Assembly: GCA_963798845.1 (NCBI GenBank) | Contig: CAWCUS010000006.1 | Span: 96,001-160,000 of the forward strand | Origin: an uncultured Gemmatimonadales bacterium | Lineage (GTDB): Bacteria > Gemmatimonadota > Gemmatimonadetes > Longimicrobiales > RSA9 | Length of the DNA stretch: 64,000 nucleotides | Reading direction: 5' to 3' | Translations under genes and position numbers: made by a program | Notes under the pieces: model-generated | What the model saw: the letters and a program-made list of their open reading frames with translations, nothing else | Told to the model about the DNA's origin: nothing | The model's database searches: none | Shown here: one piece after another, positions 1 to 9,538 of the stretch | How the letters are laid out: the number at the start of each line of letters is the position of its first letter | Position numbering within the stretch: the first letter of the stretch is position 1

Positions 1-1990
1 TGCCCTCCACCAGCGCGTCGCCGCCGAGCGGCCGGGGCGCGAACCGGTCCACCGGCACGCTCGAGGGGTCGCACGAGCCGTCCAGCACCGACGCCTCGGT
101 GCACGCCGCCGGCTGATCACCCTTCGCATCGGTGAGCGCGGACAGGGGCACGGTCAGGATGCGCGGGCCGAGCTGGTTCTCCGCGTACCCCCGCACCGAG
201 CGGGCCCCGCCGGCGAAGAACCGCTTGCGCGGGTGGAGCACGCCCGCATCTCCGCCCCCGGCCCAGACGCGTCCCGCGTGCAGGCGGGCGGCGAAGACCC
301 CCTGACCGAGCTTCCAGTAGCGGGTCGCGTCACCGGAGACCCGGGTGTAGCCGTAATCGGACCCGGTGTAGGTGGAGGCGTGCTCGACGTCCATCCTGGC
401 GGAGATCCCGGAGATCGGGTTGAGCGGCTCCTCGATGCGACGCAGGACGCCGGTGAGCTGGAGGGGGGAGAGTCGCTGCGAGGTCCGCAGCGTCGCGATG
501 GTCTCCGCCTGGCAGACACCGAAGTTCACGCAGAAATACACGTCCCCGGCGTCGACACGGGTCTCCTCGAAACGGTAGGACAGCGTCACGTCGAGGGAAT
601 CGGCGAGGTTGCGCGTGAGCGAGGCGCTGACGCCGGTGGTCCGGTCCACCACCACTCCCGGCACCACGCGGCGGTTGGCCTGCGCCGTCAGACCCAGCTC
701 GTTGCGCGGCGACAGGAACCACGGCTGCGTGAACGTGATCGCCACGCTCCAGGTGGGGTCGAGGAACACCGCCTCCGGCTTCCCCTCCACCCCTGCCGGG
801 ACGGCCGCGCCGAAGATCGACCGGTCGTAGAGCTGCGGCGCCAGCAGGTTGCCCATGCCCGCCGTGATGTCGAGACGGCGGGCGCCGCCCAGGAAGTCGT
901 ACCGCGTGTGGCGCGCCTGCACCTGCCCGAACTCGACCGAGCTCACTCCCACGCCGAGCTCGAGCTCCTGGTCCGGAGCTTCGATCACGCTCACCACCAC
1001 CGGCCGGGCCGTGTCCGGCAGCGCTGCCGCCAGTCGAGCCACCACGTCGCGCGCGGAGTCGGTGGCGGTGTGCGTCGCCTCGGGCGCCCCCTGCAGCGGG
1101 TCCAGTGACACGCTGTCGCTCCACGCTCCCTGCACCACCGAGCGCCGGAACAGCCCCGACGCGAACAGCCGCCGCTGCGCCTCCTCCAGGTCCGCGCGCC
1201 GGTACAGCTGCCCCGTCCGCAGGTTGACCAGCCGCCGGATCGTTCGGTCGCTCACGTCCCGGTTCCCGAGCACCTCGATCGCGCCGATCGTCACCGGCCG
1301 TCCGCTCCGGAGCACGATCCGCACATCCGCGCCGTAATCGCCGGTCGGACCGGCCGCGGAATCCACCTCCACGGTGTCCCGCACGGTCGCGTCCGCGTAG
1401 CCTCGCTCCTGCATGTCCGCCAGCAGCAGCGACGACGCCAGCCGGAGCCGGATCATGTCCACCGGCTCACCTTCCTCCGGCAGCCGCGCGACGGTCAGGT
1501 CGAGGTCGGAGAGCAGCGAGGTGTCCTGGACGACGTCCACCGAGCGGGCCACCGTGGCCGGTCCCTCGTCCACGGTGAAGCGCACCTCCACGCCGTCGCC
1601 CCGGGCGATCACGTCGGGCGAGACACTGGCGCTGCGATAGCCGCGCAGCCAGTAGAACACCTGCGCCCGCAGCGCGTCCCGGGGCAGCTCCGCCGGGTCC
1701 AGCCGCGGCCGCACCTGGAAGAACGACCCCTGGCTGACCAGGCAGAACGGCTTGAAGAGCAGCGTTCGGCAATGGATGCCTCGGATCGCGAGCGACGACG
1801 CCAGGTCCCCCTCGTCCACTGCGTCGACCCCCTTGAACGTCACCTCCCGGACCAGCGGATGCGGCCCCACGCCTTCCGGCAGCTGCTGGCCGCCGAGCGC
1901 ACCGGGGAGGGTGGCGAGGAGAAGGACGGATATGAGCCCGACGGTTCGAATCGGGCGCGCCCGAAAGGCGCGCCCCAGCGCTTGGTTCAT
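1..1990 (-). CDS. BamA/TamA (Omp85) family outer-membrane protein with POTRA domains, 3' end beyond window
   Basis: Not in the ORF track because it runs off the edge. My translation from ATG 1990 gives a signal peptide (GLISVLLLATLPGALGG), POTRA-like motifs (VREVTFKG, FYWLRGY, VRFTVDEGP, GY.DA.V, IEVLGN) and the Omp85 motif RFFAGGARSVRGY. Confidence 0.85.
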   Translation of the reverse strand, partial: MNQALGRAFRARPIRTVGLISVLLLATLPGALGGQQLPEGVGPHPLVREVTFKGVDAVDEGDLASSLAIRGIHCRTLLFKPFCLVSQGSFFQVRPRLDPAELPRDALRAQVFYWLRGYRSASVSPDVIARGDGVEVRFTVDEGPATVARSVDVVQDTSLLSDLDLTVARLPEEGEPVDMIRLRLASSLLLADMQERGYADATVRDTVEVDSAAGPTGDYGADVRIVLRSGRPVTIGAIEVLGNRDVSDRTIRRLVNLRTGQLYRRADLEEAQRRLFASGLFRRSVVQGAWSDSVSLDPLQGAPEATHTATDSARDVVARLAAALPDTARPVVVSVIEAPDQELELGVGVSSVEFGQVQARHTRYDFLGGARRLDITAGMGNLLAPQLYDRSIFGAAVPAGVEGKPEAVFLDPTWSVAITFTQPWFLSPRNELGLTAQANRRVVPGVVVDRTTGVSASLTRNLADSLDVTLSYRFEETRVDAGDVYFCVNFGVCQAETIATLRTSQRLSPLQLTGVLRRIEEPLNPISGISARMDVEHASTYTGSDYGYTRVSGDATRYWKLGQGVFAARLHAGRVWAGGGDAGVLHPRKRFFAGGARSVRGYAENQLGPRILTVPLSALTDAKGDQPAACTEASVLDGSCDPSSVPVDRFAPRPLGGDALVEG

Positions 1991-2166
1991 CGGGCCATGC
2001 AGCCACCGGGAATGAGTTCGTGGCGGAGGCGGGGGGGAAGATCCGTGCCAGCTCCGCGGTGACCACCGTGGCGGTGCGGGGCGAGGATTCGGCGGAAGCC
2101 CCGCTCGCAATGGTTGCACCGGTGGCGCCGCATCCTCATCGTGACATACCCTGTCCAGGAGGCGCG

Positions 2167-2745
2167 TTGACCCCACGGGAGGAAATTCCCCAGCTCGTGG
2201 AGCAGTGGAGCGCCGGCAGCCAGCAGGCGTTCGACCGATTGGTCGAGCTGCTCTATGATGACCTGCGGGACCTCGCCCACGCGCTGCTGCGGCGCGAGCG
2301 CCCCGACCACACACTCGAAACGACGGCCCTGGTCCACGAAGCGTACGCGCAGCTCGTCGGCCGCGCGGGTCCGGCGTGGCGGGGGCGGCCGCGGTTCTTC
2401 GCTTTCCTTTCCAGAGTGATGCGACACGTGCTCGTGGACTACGCGCGGCGGCGCAACGCGGGCAAGCGCGGTGGCGGTGCGGTGCGGGTATCGCTGCGCT
2501 CCGCGGACGCTTCGGTCGAGCCGGCCACGGTGGATCTGCTCGCGCTGGACGAGGCGCTCGGAGAGCTGGCCGAGAAGGACCCGCAGCTCGCGAGCATTGT
2601 CGAGTGCCGCTTCTTCGGCGGCCTCACCGAAGCGGAGATCGCCGAAGCCCTCGGGGTGTCCGAGCGGACGGTCGAGCGGGGCTGGCAGCGAGCTCGCGCA
2701 TACCTGTTCCGACTGCTGGCCGCGGACGCGATCGAAGCCGAGTAG
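2167..2745 (+). CDS. ECF sigma-70 factor, kinase-associated type
   Basis: LYDDLR, TLETTALVHEAY and VECRFFGGL..EIAEALGVSERTVERGW motifs. TTG start chosen after AGGAGG. Confidence 0.9.
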   Translation: MTPREEIPQLVEQWSAGSQQAFDRLVELLYDDLRDLAHALLRRERPDHTLETTALVHEAYAQLVGRAGPAWRGRPRFFAFLSRVMRHVLVDYARRRNAGKRGGGAVRVSLRSADASVEPATVDLLALDEALGELAEKDPQLASIVECRFFGGLTEAEIAEALGVSERTVERGWQRARAYLFRLLAADAIEAE

Positions 2746-2777
2746 CACGGCGAACCCGGAACTCGAACCGGACGGAA

Positions 2778-5453
2778 ATGCAAGTCAGCGATCCCGGGTG
2801 GCGGCGCTGGGACGAGGTCGATCGGGTGTTCTCGAACGCCCTCGAGCAGCCGACGGAGCAGCGCGAAACGTATGTCGAAGGCGCGTGCGCCGGTGACTTC
2901 GAGCTCCGGGACGCCGTGCTGTCTCTGCTGCGGGCGGAGCGGGAGTCGGAGGGGCTGTTCGAGCGGCCGGACGCGGCCACGGCGAGAGAGGCGCTGCGGG
3001 CGCTCGTCGAGGCGGGAGGGTCGGATACGGCTGGCGACGCCCCGCTCCGGCCCGTGGGTGCCTACCGCCTCCTGCGGCAGATCGGCCGCGGAGGCATGGG
3101 GTCCGTCTTCCTGGCCGAGCGCGCGGACGCCGACTTCGAGCAGTCTGTGGCGGTCAAGCTGCTCCGCCGCGGCGTGGACACCGAGGACATCCTGCGCCGC
3201 TTTCTGGTCGAGCGCCGGATCCTGGCGCGGCTCACCCACCCGAACATCGCGCGCCTCTACGACGGCGGCTCGACGGGGGACGGGCGGCCGTTCCTCGTCA
3301 TGGAGCACGTGGACGGCCTGCCGATCACGGAGTACTGCGACGCGGCCCGGCTGCCCGTGGCCCGTCGCCTGGAGCTGTTCCTGAAGGTCGCTGACGCGGT
3401 CAGCTACGCCCACGCGCAGCTCGTCGTACACCGGGACCTCAAGCCGTCGAACATCATGGTCACCCGCGATGGCCGGGTGAAGCTGCTGGACTTCGGGATC
3501 GCGAAGATCCTGGGCGGCGACGAGGGAGACGAAGCGGATGTCACGCGGACCGGCCTTCGCGTCATGACGCCGGAGTACGCGAGCCCCGAGCAGCTCCGGG
3601 GTGAAGCGATCACCACGGCATCGGACGTCTATCAGCTCGGGATCCTGCTCTTCGTCCTGCTGACGGGAGAGCGGCCCACCCCGCGGGAGCGTCCCGACTC
3701 GGAGCCCACGACCGGCCCGCTCGATCTCACGGGCGTGCGCGCGAGCTCACGGGTCGAGCCCGGGGAGAGCGGAGCGCGCGTCGCCGAGCTGCGCGCCACC
3801 ACCCCCGAGCGGCTGCGACGGGCGTTGCGGGGTGATCTCGACACGATCCTCCTGAAGGCGCTGCGGCCGGAGCCCGAGCGACGGTACGCGTCGGCGGCGC
3901 AGCTGGCGGACGACGTCCGGCGCCACCTGGACGGCCGCCCCGTGGCCGCACGGCCGGACCGGCTGTCCTACCGCGCCGTCAAGTTCTTCCGCCGGCACCG
4001 CTGGGTCGCGCCCGCCGCGCTGGCCGTGCTCCTCTTCGCGGGCACCTACGTGGCCACCACCATCCGGCACGCGGCACGGCTGGAGCGGGAGCGCGCGGCC
4101 GCCAACGCGCAGGCGGAGCGGGCGGAGCAGGTGCAGCGCTTCCTCGTCGAGTTGTTCCGCAGCCCCGATCCGTTCGCCCCGGCGGACCCGGAGCGCGGGC
4201 GCAGCATCACCGTGGTGGAGGCGCTGGACATCGGCGCGCGCCGGGTTCTCTCCGATCTCTCCGACCGGCCCCGGATCGAGGCGAACCTGCTCGATGCCAT
4301 CGTGGAAGTCTACACGAACCTGGGCGCGGCGAGCCGCGCCGTTCCGCTGGCCGAGCGGGCGCTGGCTCTGCACGAGCGGCTGGACGGCGCCTCGTCCGCG
4401 GCCTACCGCAACGCCCTCGGGCAGCTCGGGATCGCGGAGGGCGCGCTCCGGGCCGACACCGCCTACTCCCTGCTCCGGCGCCGGCTCCAGCTCGTCCTCG
4501 CCGATCCCTCCGCAGAGGCGGCCGAGGTGGTGCAGGCGCGTGCCGACGTCGCCACGCACCTGACGGATGTCCTTGGCCGACCCACCGAAGCCGAGGCGGA
4601 GTTCCGGCGCGCGCTCGCGCTGGCCGACTCCGCCGCGGTTTCGCCGGACCGGCTGAGCACGCTTCACCTGGGACTGGCGGGGGTGCTGGCGGGACTGGGG
4701 CGGCCCGTCGAGGCGGAGCCCCACGCCCGCCGCGCTCTCGCCCTGGAGGCCGAGCTGTCGGGAAAGGAATCGGCCAACGCCGCGATCGCCCACGAGACGC
4801 TCGCCAAGGTCCTCGGCGCAGAGGGGCGCACGGCCGACGCGGCCCGCGAGTTCGAGCGGGCGATCGACATCCTGGACCGCACGCTCGGGCCGGAAAACAA
4901 CAACACCCTGAACACGGTGAACAACTACTCGCTGCTCCTTTGGCAGAGCGGCGACCTGGCTGGCGCCGAGCGGTTGCTCCGCCGGCTGCTCGAGGCCCGC
5001 ACCCGGCTGCTGGGGCCGGAGGACCGGGAGGTGGGGAACACGTACCAGAACCTGGGCGCCCTGCTCTACGGCCTCGGCCGCCTGGACGAGGCAGCCGCGA
5101 TGCATCGCAAGGCCGCGGCCATCTACGAGGCGGACCTCCAGCCCGGCAACTACGTCCTGGCCTACCCGCACCTCTCCCTCGCCGGAGTCGAGCTCGCGCG
5201 CGGCCGCTTCCCCCAGGCGGAGGCCTCGTCCCGACGCGCGCTGGACATCCTCAGAGAGGCGTTGCCGCCCGGCCACTTCGCCACCGCTGTCGCCCGCTGC
5301 CGGCTCGGGCGCGCGCTCATCGGCGAAGGCCGAACGGCCGCAGGCCGCGCCGAGCTCGAGGCGGCCGCGCCGGTGCTCCGCGCGAGCCCGCAAGCCGCCG
5401 CCTACCGGCAGGAGTGCCTCGACGCCCTGCTGGACGCGAACGAAGGCGGTTGA
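2778..5453 (+). CDS. Hanks-type Ser/Thr kinase with TM segment and C-terminal TPR repeats
   Basis: GRGGMG, VAVK, HRDLKPSN, DFG, YASPEQ and SDVYQLG motifs, then TM WVAPAALAVLLFAGTYV and TPR-like helices. Start at ATG 2778. Confidence 0.92.
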   Translation: MQVSDPGWRRWDEVDRVFSNALEQPTEQRETYVEGACAGDFELRDAVLSLLRAERESEGLFERPDAATAREALRALVEAGGSDTAGDAPLRPVGAYRLLRQIGRGGMGSVFLAERADADFEQSVAVKLLRRGVDTEDILRRFLVERRILARLTHPNIARLYDGGSTGDGRPFLVMEHVDGLPITEYCDAARLPVARRLELFLKVADAVSYAHAQLVVHRDLKPSNIMVTRDGRVKLLDFGIAKILGGDEGDEADVTRTGLRVMTPEYASPEQLRGEAITTASDVYQLGILLFVLLTGERPTPRERPDSEPTTGPLDLTGVRASSRVEPGESGARVAELRATTPERLRRALRGDLDTILLKALRPEPERRYASAAQLADDVRRHLDGRPVAARPDRLSYRAVKFFRRHRWVAPAALAVLLFAGTYVATTIRHAARLERERAAANAQAERAEQVQRFLVELFRSPDPFAPADPERGRSITVVEALDIGARRVLSDLSDRPRIEANLLDAIVEVYTNLGAASRAVPLAERALALHERLDGASSAAYRNALGQLGIAEGALRADTAYSLLRRRLQLVLADPSAEAAEVVQARADVATHLTDVLGRPTEAEAEFRRALALADSAAVSPDRLSTLHLGLAGVLAGLGRPVEAEPHARRALALEAELSGKESANAAIAHETLAKVLGAEGRTADAAREFERAIDILDRTLGPENNNTLNTVNNYSLLLWQSGDLAGAERLLRRLLEARTRLLGPEDREVGNTYQNLGALLYGLGRLDEAAAMHRKAAAIYEADLQPGNYVLAYPHLSLAGVELARGRFPQAEASSRRALDILREALPPGHFATAVARCRLGRALIGEGRTAAGRAELEAAAPVLRASPQAAAYRQECLDALLDANEGG

Positions 5454-5507
5454 GCCGGGCCGTCCTCCACCGCGCGCGCCCGCCGTCGACCACGGCCCGG
5501 GCCGCCG

Positions 5508-5535
5508 TGAACCTTTTCCTCTCCCCTGCGACTCC
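5508..5535 (+). promoter_or_regulatory. Putative ECF-type autoregulatory promoter (TGAACC...CGACTC)
   Basis: GAAC-type -35 and GACT-type -10 just upstream of the ECF gene at 5571. Confidence 0.35.
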
Positions 5536-5570
5536 CCCGGGTGAGAGACATCCCGGGAGGAGCGATCAGA

Positions 5571-6137
5571 TTGCCCATAGCCGAACAGGATCTGCGCACG
5601 CTGTCCGACGAGCTGCTCGCTCTGCGCTGCCAGCTCGGCGAGCTGGATGCAGTGGACGAGCTGGTCGAACGCTGGAACGAGCCCCTGTGGCGGTACATCC
5701 GCCGGATGTGCGACGGCGACGACGACGCCTCCGAGACGTCGCAGGACGCCTGGCTGCGCATCCTGCGCGCGCTCCCCGGGCTGCGGCAGCCGGACCGGCT
5801 GCGGGCGTGGCTGTTCGGAATCGCGCGCCGCGCCGTCATGGACCGCTTGCGTAGCCGGTACGCCCGTGCCGCGGAGGACGCGGCGCTCGCGGATGATGTA
5901 GCAGTCGACGAGCCGGTGGACTTCCCCGACGAGGAAGTCGACCTGATGCGCGAAGAGCTGCAGGCCATGCCCCTCGTCGAGCGCGAGGTGCTGGTCCTGT
6001 TCTACCTCCGGGAGCTACGGCTCGACCAGGTGGCGAACGTCCTGGAGGTGCCCGTCGGCACGGTGAAGTCCAGGCTGTTCCGCGCCCGGTCCATGCTCCG
6101 TGAACGACTCCAGAAGAGAGGCCTGACCCATGACTGA
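5571..6137 (+). CDS. ECF sigma-70 factor
   Basis: ETSQDAWLRI, AWLFGIAR and VPVGTVKSRLFRAR motifs. TTG start after GGAGG. Confidence 0.9.
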   Translation: MPIAEQDLRTLSDELLALRCQLGELDAVDELVERWNEPLWRYIRRMCDGDDDASETSQDAWLRILRALPGLRQPDRLRAWLFGIARRAVMDRLRSRYARAAEDAALADDVAVDEPVDFPDEEVDLMREELQAMPLVEREVLVLFYLRELRLDQVANVLEVPVGTVKSRLFRARSMLRERLQKRGLTHD

Positions 6138-6639
6138 CCGCCCCCGGTTCCCCGCGCCGCAGCCATCCACCGAGGACCTGCGACGGCGCCTCGCCTCCGA
6201 GCTCGCCATGCCCTCGCGCCTGGGGCACACGGCCCTGCTCCTCGCCGGCCTCGCCGCCGCGGCGGTGGCCGGGTCCCTGGTCGCCACCGAGCCCGCTCTC
6301 CCCGCGGCCACGCAGCTCGCGTTTGGCGTCATGACCCTGATCGGCCTCGCGTGGGCGGCATTCGCCGCGTGGGTCCTCGCCCGACGGCGCGTGCTGTTCG
6401 CCGCCCACCGCGTGATCGCCGCCCGGATGGCCGTGGCGTTCACCGCTCTGTTCTCGGCCGGATCGCTGGCGGTCTGGGTCGCGGGCGGCCGCCAGGCTGC
6501 GGGCGCGCTGGGCGCCGCCGCCACCGGTGCGGTGATGCTGGCTGCCGCCGTTCTCGTGCTTTCGCACGCCCGCCGACGCGTCCGGCAGATCACTGCCCGG
6601 AAAGAGGCGATCGAGCGACAGCTGAGGGAGGCACGATGA
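6130..6639 (+). CDS. Multi-pass membrane protein, probable anti-sigma factor
   Basis: About 4 hydrophobic segments; overlaps the ECF gene end. Confidence 0.7.
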   Translation: MTDRPRFPAPQPSTEDLRRRLASELAMPSRLGHTALLLAGLAAAAVAGSLVATEPALPAATQLAFGVMTLIGLAWAAFAAWVLARRRVLFAAHRVIAARMAVAFTALFSAGSLAVWVAGGRQAAGALGAAATGAVMLAAAVLVLSHARRRVRQITARKEAIERQLREAR

Positions 6640-6710
6640 AGCGGCGCGTGGGAACCCCGGTGGCGCTCGGCGTCACTGCGGACGTCCTGAGCGGGCTCAC
6701 GGGCGCGGGA

Positions 6711-7496
6711 TCAGGTCACCAGCGTCAGCACCACCGCGGCGGCCACCAGCACGCCGCCGGCCAGCAGCAGCGCGCGCCCCCGTCGGATGGGCACGACGCG
6801 GGTGGCCGGCCCGAGCCCCGCGCGCACCAGACCGCCAACCCGCGACAGCGCCAGCCCGCCGACGATCCAGACCACGCCCGTGACGCCGGCGGCGACGGCG
6901 CTCGTCGCCAGCCAGTAGCTCCCCGAGCGCGGCGGGCCCGCGTCGCCTGTGCGCGCGACGAGGAAGCCCTCCAGCAGGCCGCCGATCTGCGCCGAGGCCC
7001 ACACCAGGACCGCGGGGGCGCAGAGGATCGCCAGCGCTGCCACGCCCGCACCGAGCTGCCACAGGAGCCGCACCAGTCGCCCCGGGGCATTCCCCGGCGT
7101 GCCCGTGGACGGCAGTGCCAGCCGCGCGCCCAGCAGGCTCGCCAGCAGCAGCGCCCACCCCGCAAGCGCGGAGCGTGTGGGGACGAGGGCGATCCCGGCC
7201 AGCGCCATCAGGAGGATCGCAGCCGCTGTCCCCGTGCTGATCACGGCGGCGGGTTCCGTTGCATTCTCCCCGCCGGCACTGGCGATCGCGGACGGCGATC
7301 CCAGCGCTTCCAGGATATCGGCCACGTCCTCCGCGGTGGCAGGGGCCGCGCCCCGCGCGGCCAGCTCGGCTTCCACGTGCTCGCGGATCCCGGCCACCAC
7401 CTCTCTCGCGTCCACGTCCCGACGTCCTTCGAGCGACGCCTCCACCCGCGCCAGGTACGCCTCGAGATCCTCTCGCCCGCGTGCGGTCAGGGTCAT
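6711..7496 (-). CDS. HAAS/DUF1700-like membrane protein
   Basis: YLARVEASL...EVVAGIREHV...LGSPSAIA helical signature followed by TM helices; last gene of a PadR operon. Confidence 0.75.
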   Translation of the reverse strand: MTLTARGREDLEAYLARVEASLEGRRDVDAREVVAGIREHVEAELAARGAAPATAEDVADILEALGSPSAIASAGGENATEPAAVISTGTAAAILLMALAGIALVPTRSALAGWALLLASLLGARLALPSTGTPGNAPGRLVRLLWQLGAGVAALAILCAPAVLVWASAQIGGLLEGFLVARTGDAGPPRSGSYWLATSAVAAGVTGVVWIVGGLALSRVGGLVRAGLGPATRVVPIRRGRALLLAGGVLVAAAVVLTLVT

Positions 7497-8575
7497 TTCG
7501 GGTCCTCGCCGAATACCGAGTGCAGCAGGTCGAGGGATCCCTGCAACGCCGGCCCGACCGTATCCCCGGACACGTTGGTCAACAGCGCGATGGACAGCTC
7601 CCGCGAGGTGTCCACGAGCAGGAACGCCGTCCCGCCAACGCCCACCCCCTGGGCCAGATAGGTGTCGCCGCCCTTCAGGAACAGCTGCATGCCCCGCGGC
7701 GAGACCAGCTCCCCGCCGCCCAGCGCCGCGCCGAACCTCGCCACGTCCGCGGCCGTAGCCAGGAATGCCCCCGCCCCCCACTTGCACGTGTTGTCCACCC
7801 CCTGCGCCGGCCGCAGCCTGCCGCCGCTCTCCTCGTAGTACGCCGCCCGGTTCGGAACGGCCGAGCGCGGGTCATCGATCGTCATGGCGGTCATCTCCGC
7901 CGGCTCGAATACCAGCCGCTCCATCGCATCCACGTACGGGGCGCCCGCCGCGCCCGAGATCACCGCGCTCAGCAGCACGTACCCCCACGACGAGTAGGTC
8001 TCCGCCGCGCCCGGTGCGTGCACCAGCGGGTCGCTCTCGAAGATCTCGAGGGCATCCTGAAGCGTGGCGCAGTGCCTCGCGCTGTTCGCCTCAGCCGGTC
8101 CGCTGTAGTGGCGGATCCCCGACGTGTGCATCCCCAGCTGCATGGCCGTGATGGCTGCCCCCTTGTCCGGAAACGACGGCACGTACGTCTGGACCGGCGC
8201 GCTCGGGTCCAGCTTCCGCCGCTCCATCAGGCGCACGCCCGCCGCCGCCGTCATGGGCTTCGCGACGCTGTAGATCCGGAACAGCGTCCGCTCCGGCGCC
8301 ACCGGCGTGCGCGCCGAGCGGTCCGCGTAGCCGAGGCCTTCCACCCACACCGGCTCGTTCCCCCGATAGACCGCCACGCCCACGCCTGCTCCCGCCGCAG
8401 CGATCCCCCGCAGCGCCGCTCGCGCCGAGTCGATCGCCCCCGCAAACGCGGCGGAGGCCACCTCCGTCACCACCGGAACGCTCTCCTCGGAGCGCGCCCG
8501 GGCCGCGCTGGCACAGCCGACGATCCCCAGCAGAGACGCGATCGCGCTCATTGTGCTCGGACGACCCACGTTCAT
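7493..8575 (-). CDS. Serine hydrolase, beta-lactamase family, probable lipoprotein
   Basis: SxxK (FRIYSVAK), HTSGI, YSS motifs and a lipobox-like IVGC. Confidence 0.85.
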   Translation of the reverse strand: MNVGRPSTMSAIASLLGIVGCASAARARSEESVPVVTEVASAAFAGAIDSARAALRGIAAAGAGVGVAVYRGNEPVWVEGLGYADRSARTPVAPERTLFRIYSVAKPMTAAAGVRLMERRKLDPSAPVQTYVPSFPDKGAAITAMQLGMHTSGIRHYSGPAEANSARHCATLQDALEIFESDPLVHAPGAAETYSSWGYVLLSAVISGAAGAPYVDAMERLVFEPAEMTAMTIDDPRSAVPNRAAYYEESGGRLRPAQGVDNTCKWGAGAFLATAADVARFGAALGGGELVSPRGMQLFLKGGDTYLAQGVGVGGTAFLLVDTSRELSIALLTNVSGDTVGPALQGSLDLLHSVFGEDPK

Positions 8576-8943
8576 GACGCCTCTCCGGACTCCACGGTCA
8601 GGTTCGGGTTGGACCTCAGCGCTGCCACCGCCCGGACGATCTCGTCCCACCCCTCGTTGATCCGCTCCAGCGCCGCCTCGCCGTCCACACTCAGCCGGTA
8701 GTACTTCCGCGCCGGACCTTCCGGCGACGCCTCCAGCGACGACGTCACGAGCCCTTCCTTCTCCATTCGGCTCATCAGCGGATAGATCGTCCCTTCCACC
8801 ACGCTCACTCCCCGGAACGACTGCAGCCGCTTCGCGATCTCGTACCCGTACATCCGCTCGCCCCGCAGCGCGTTCAGCACCGCGAGCTCCAGCACGCCCT
8901 TCCGTGCCTGCGTCTGCCAGTTCCCCACGAATCGCGAAGGCAT
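8572..8943 (-). CDS. PadR family transcriptional regulator
   Basis: RKGVLEL, YGYEI, EGTIYPLMSRM and PARKYY motifs. Confidence 0.9.
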   Translation of the reverse strand: MPSRFVGNWQTQARKGVLELAVLNALRGERMYGYEIAKRLQSFRGVSVVEGTIYPLMSRMEKEGLVTSSLEASPEGPARKYYRLSVDGEAALERINEGWDEIVRAVAALRSNPNLTVESGEAS

Positions 8944-8949
8944 AGGGAC

Positions 8950-8978
8950 ACTATGATGCATAAACAGGTAGCTGTCAA
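8950..8978 (-). promoter_or_regulatory. Sigma70 promoter TTGACA-N17-CATAGT, apparently leaderless
   Basis: -35 at 8978-8973 and -10 at 8955-8950; only 6 nt to the ATG at 8943; no SD. Confidence 0.6.
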
Positions 8979-9059
8979 TACATGGACGGGCCGCACCGGC
9001 GACGGCTCCGCCCAGGACGGCGGCAGCACAGGCATGACAGGGGCAGCGCGTCGAGGCGG

Positions 9060-9515
9060 TCAGGTCGGCTTGAGGACCATCGCCCAGAGCGCCGACAGCA
9101 GGATCAGGACGTTCAGCGCCAGCAGGCCCCGGTGTCGGCGGAGTAGTCCGCGCAGCTCGTCCGGGTTGGCGCCGCTCTCCGCCCCCGCCTGGAGCCGGGC
9201 CAGCGTCGGGCGCATCGTCGCAATGCCCACCAGGCTGAAGAGCACCACCGCGAGCATGCCCCACACGTTCCACGCCTGCAACGGCACGTGGCCGACGAGC
9301 ATGCCGCCGATCCCGCTCAGGATGGCCAGGCCGGAGGCCGGTCCGACCAGGCGGGCGCCGAGCAGGGTCCCCTGCTCGGCGAACAGCGCGACGTCCTTCG
9401 GCTCGGCGCGCCGGCTGGCGAGCACGTTCATCAGGCCGATGGCCGCGAACCCGCCCAGCCAGCCGGCGACCGAGGCCACGTGAATGAACTTGAGCCAGGC
9501 GTACACCTGGAACAT
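9060..9515 (-). CDS. DUF2269-like 4-TM membrane protein
   Basis: LKFIHV...WLGG N-terminus and MVLKP C-terminus; preceded by GAGGAGG. Confidence 0.75.
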   Translation of the reverse strand: MFQVYAWLKFIHVASVAGWLGGFAAIGLMNVLASRRAEPKDVALFAEQGTLLGARLVGPASGLAILSGIGGMLVGHVPLQAWNVWGMLAVVLFSLVGIATMRPTLARLQAGAESGANPDELRGLLRRHRGLLALNVLILLSALWAMVLKPT

Positions 9516-9538
9516 GGCGCCTCCTCGCCGGGGTTCCG

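Noticed and set aside
2376..2777. Long N-terminal extensions in the ORF track (kinase, ATPase subunits, HIT, NUDIX, E1-alpha)
   Set aside because: They overlap upstream genes; internal starts with an SD or stop/start coupling fit better.
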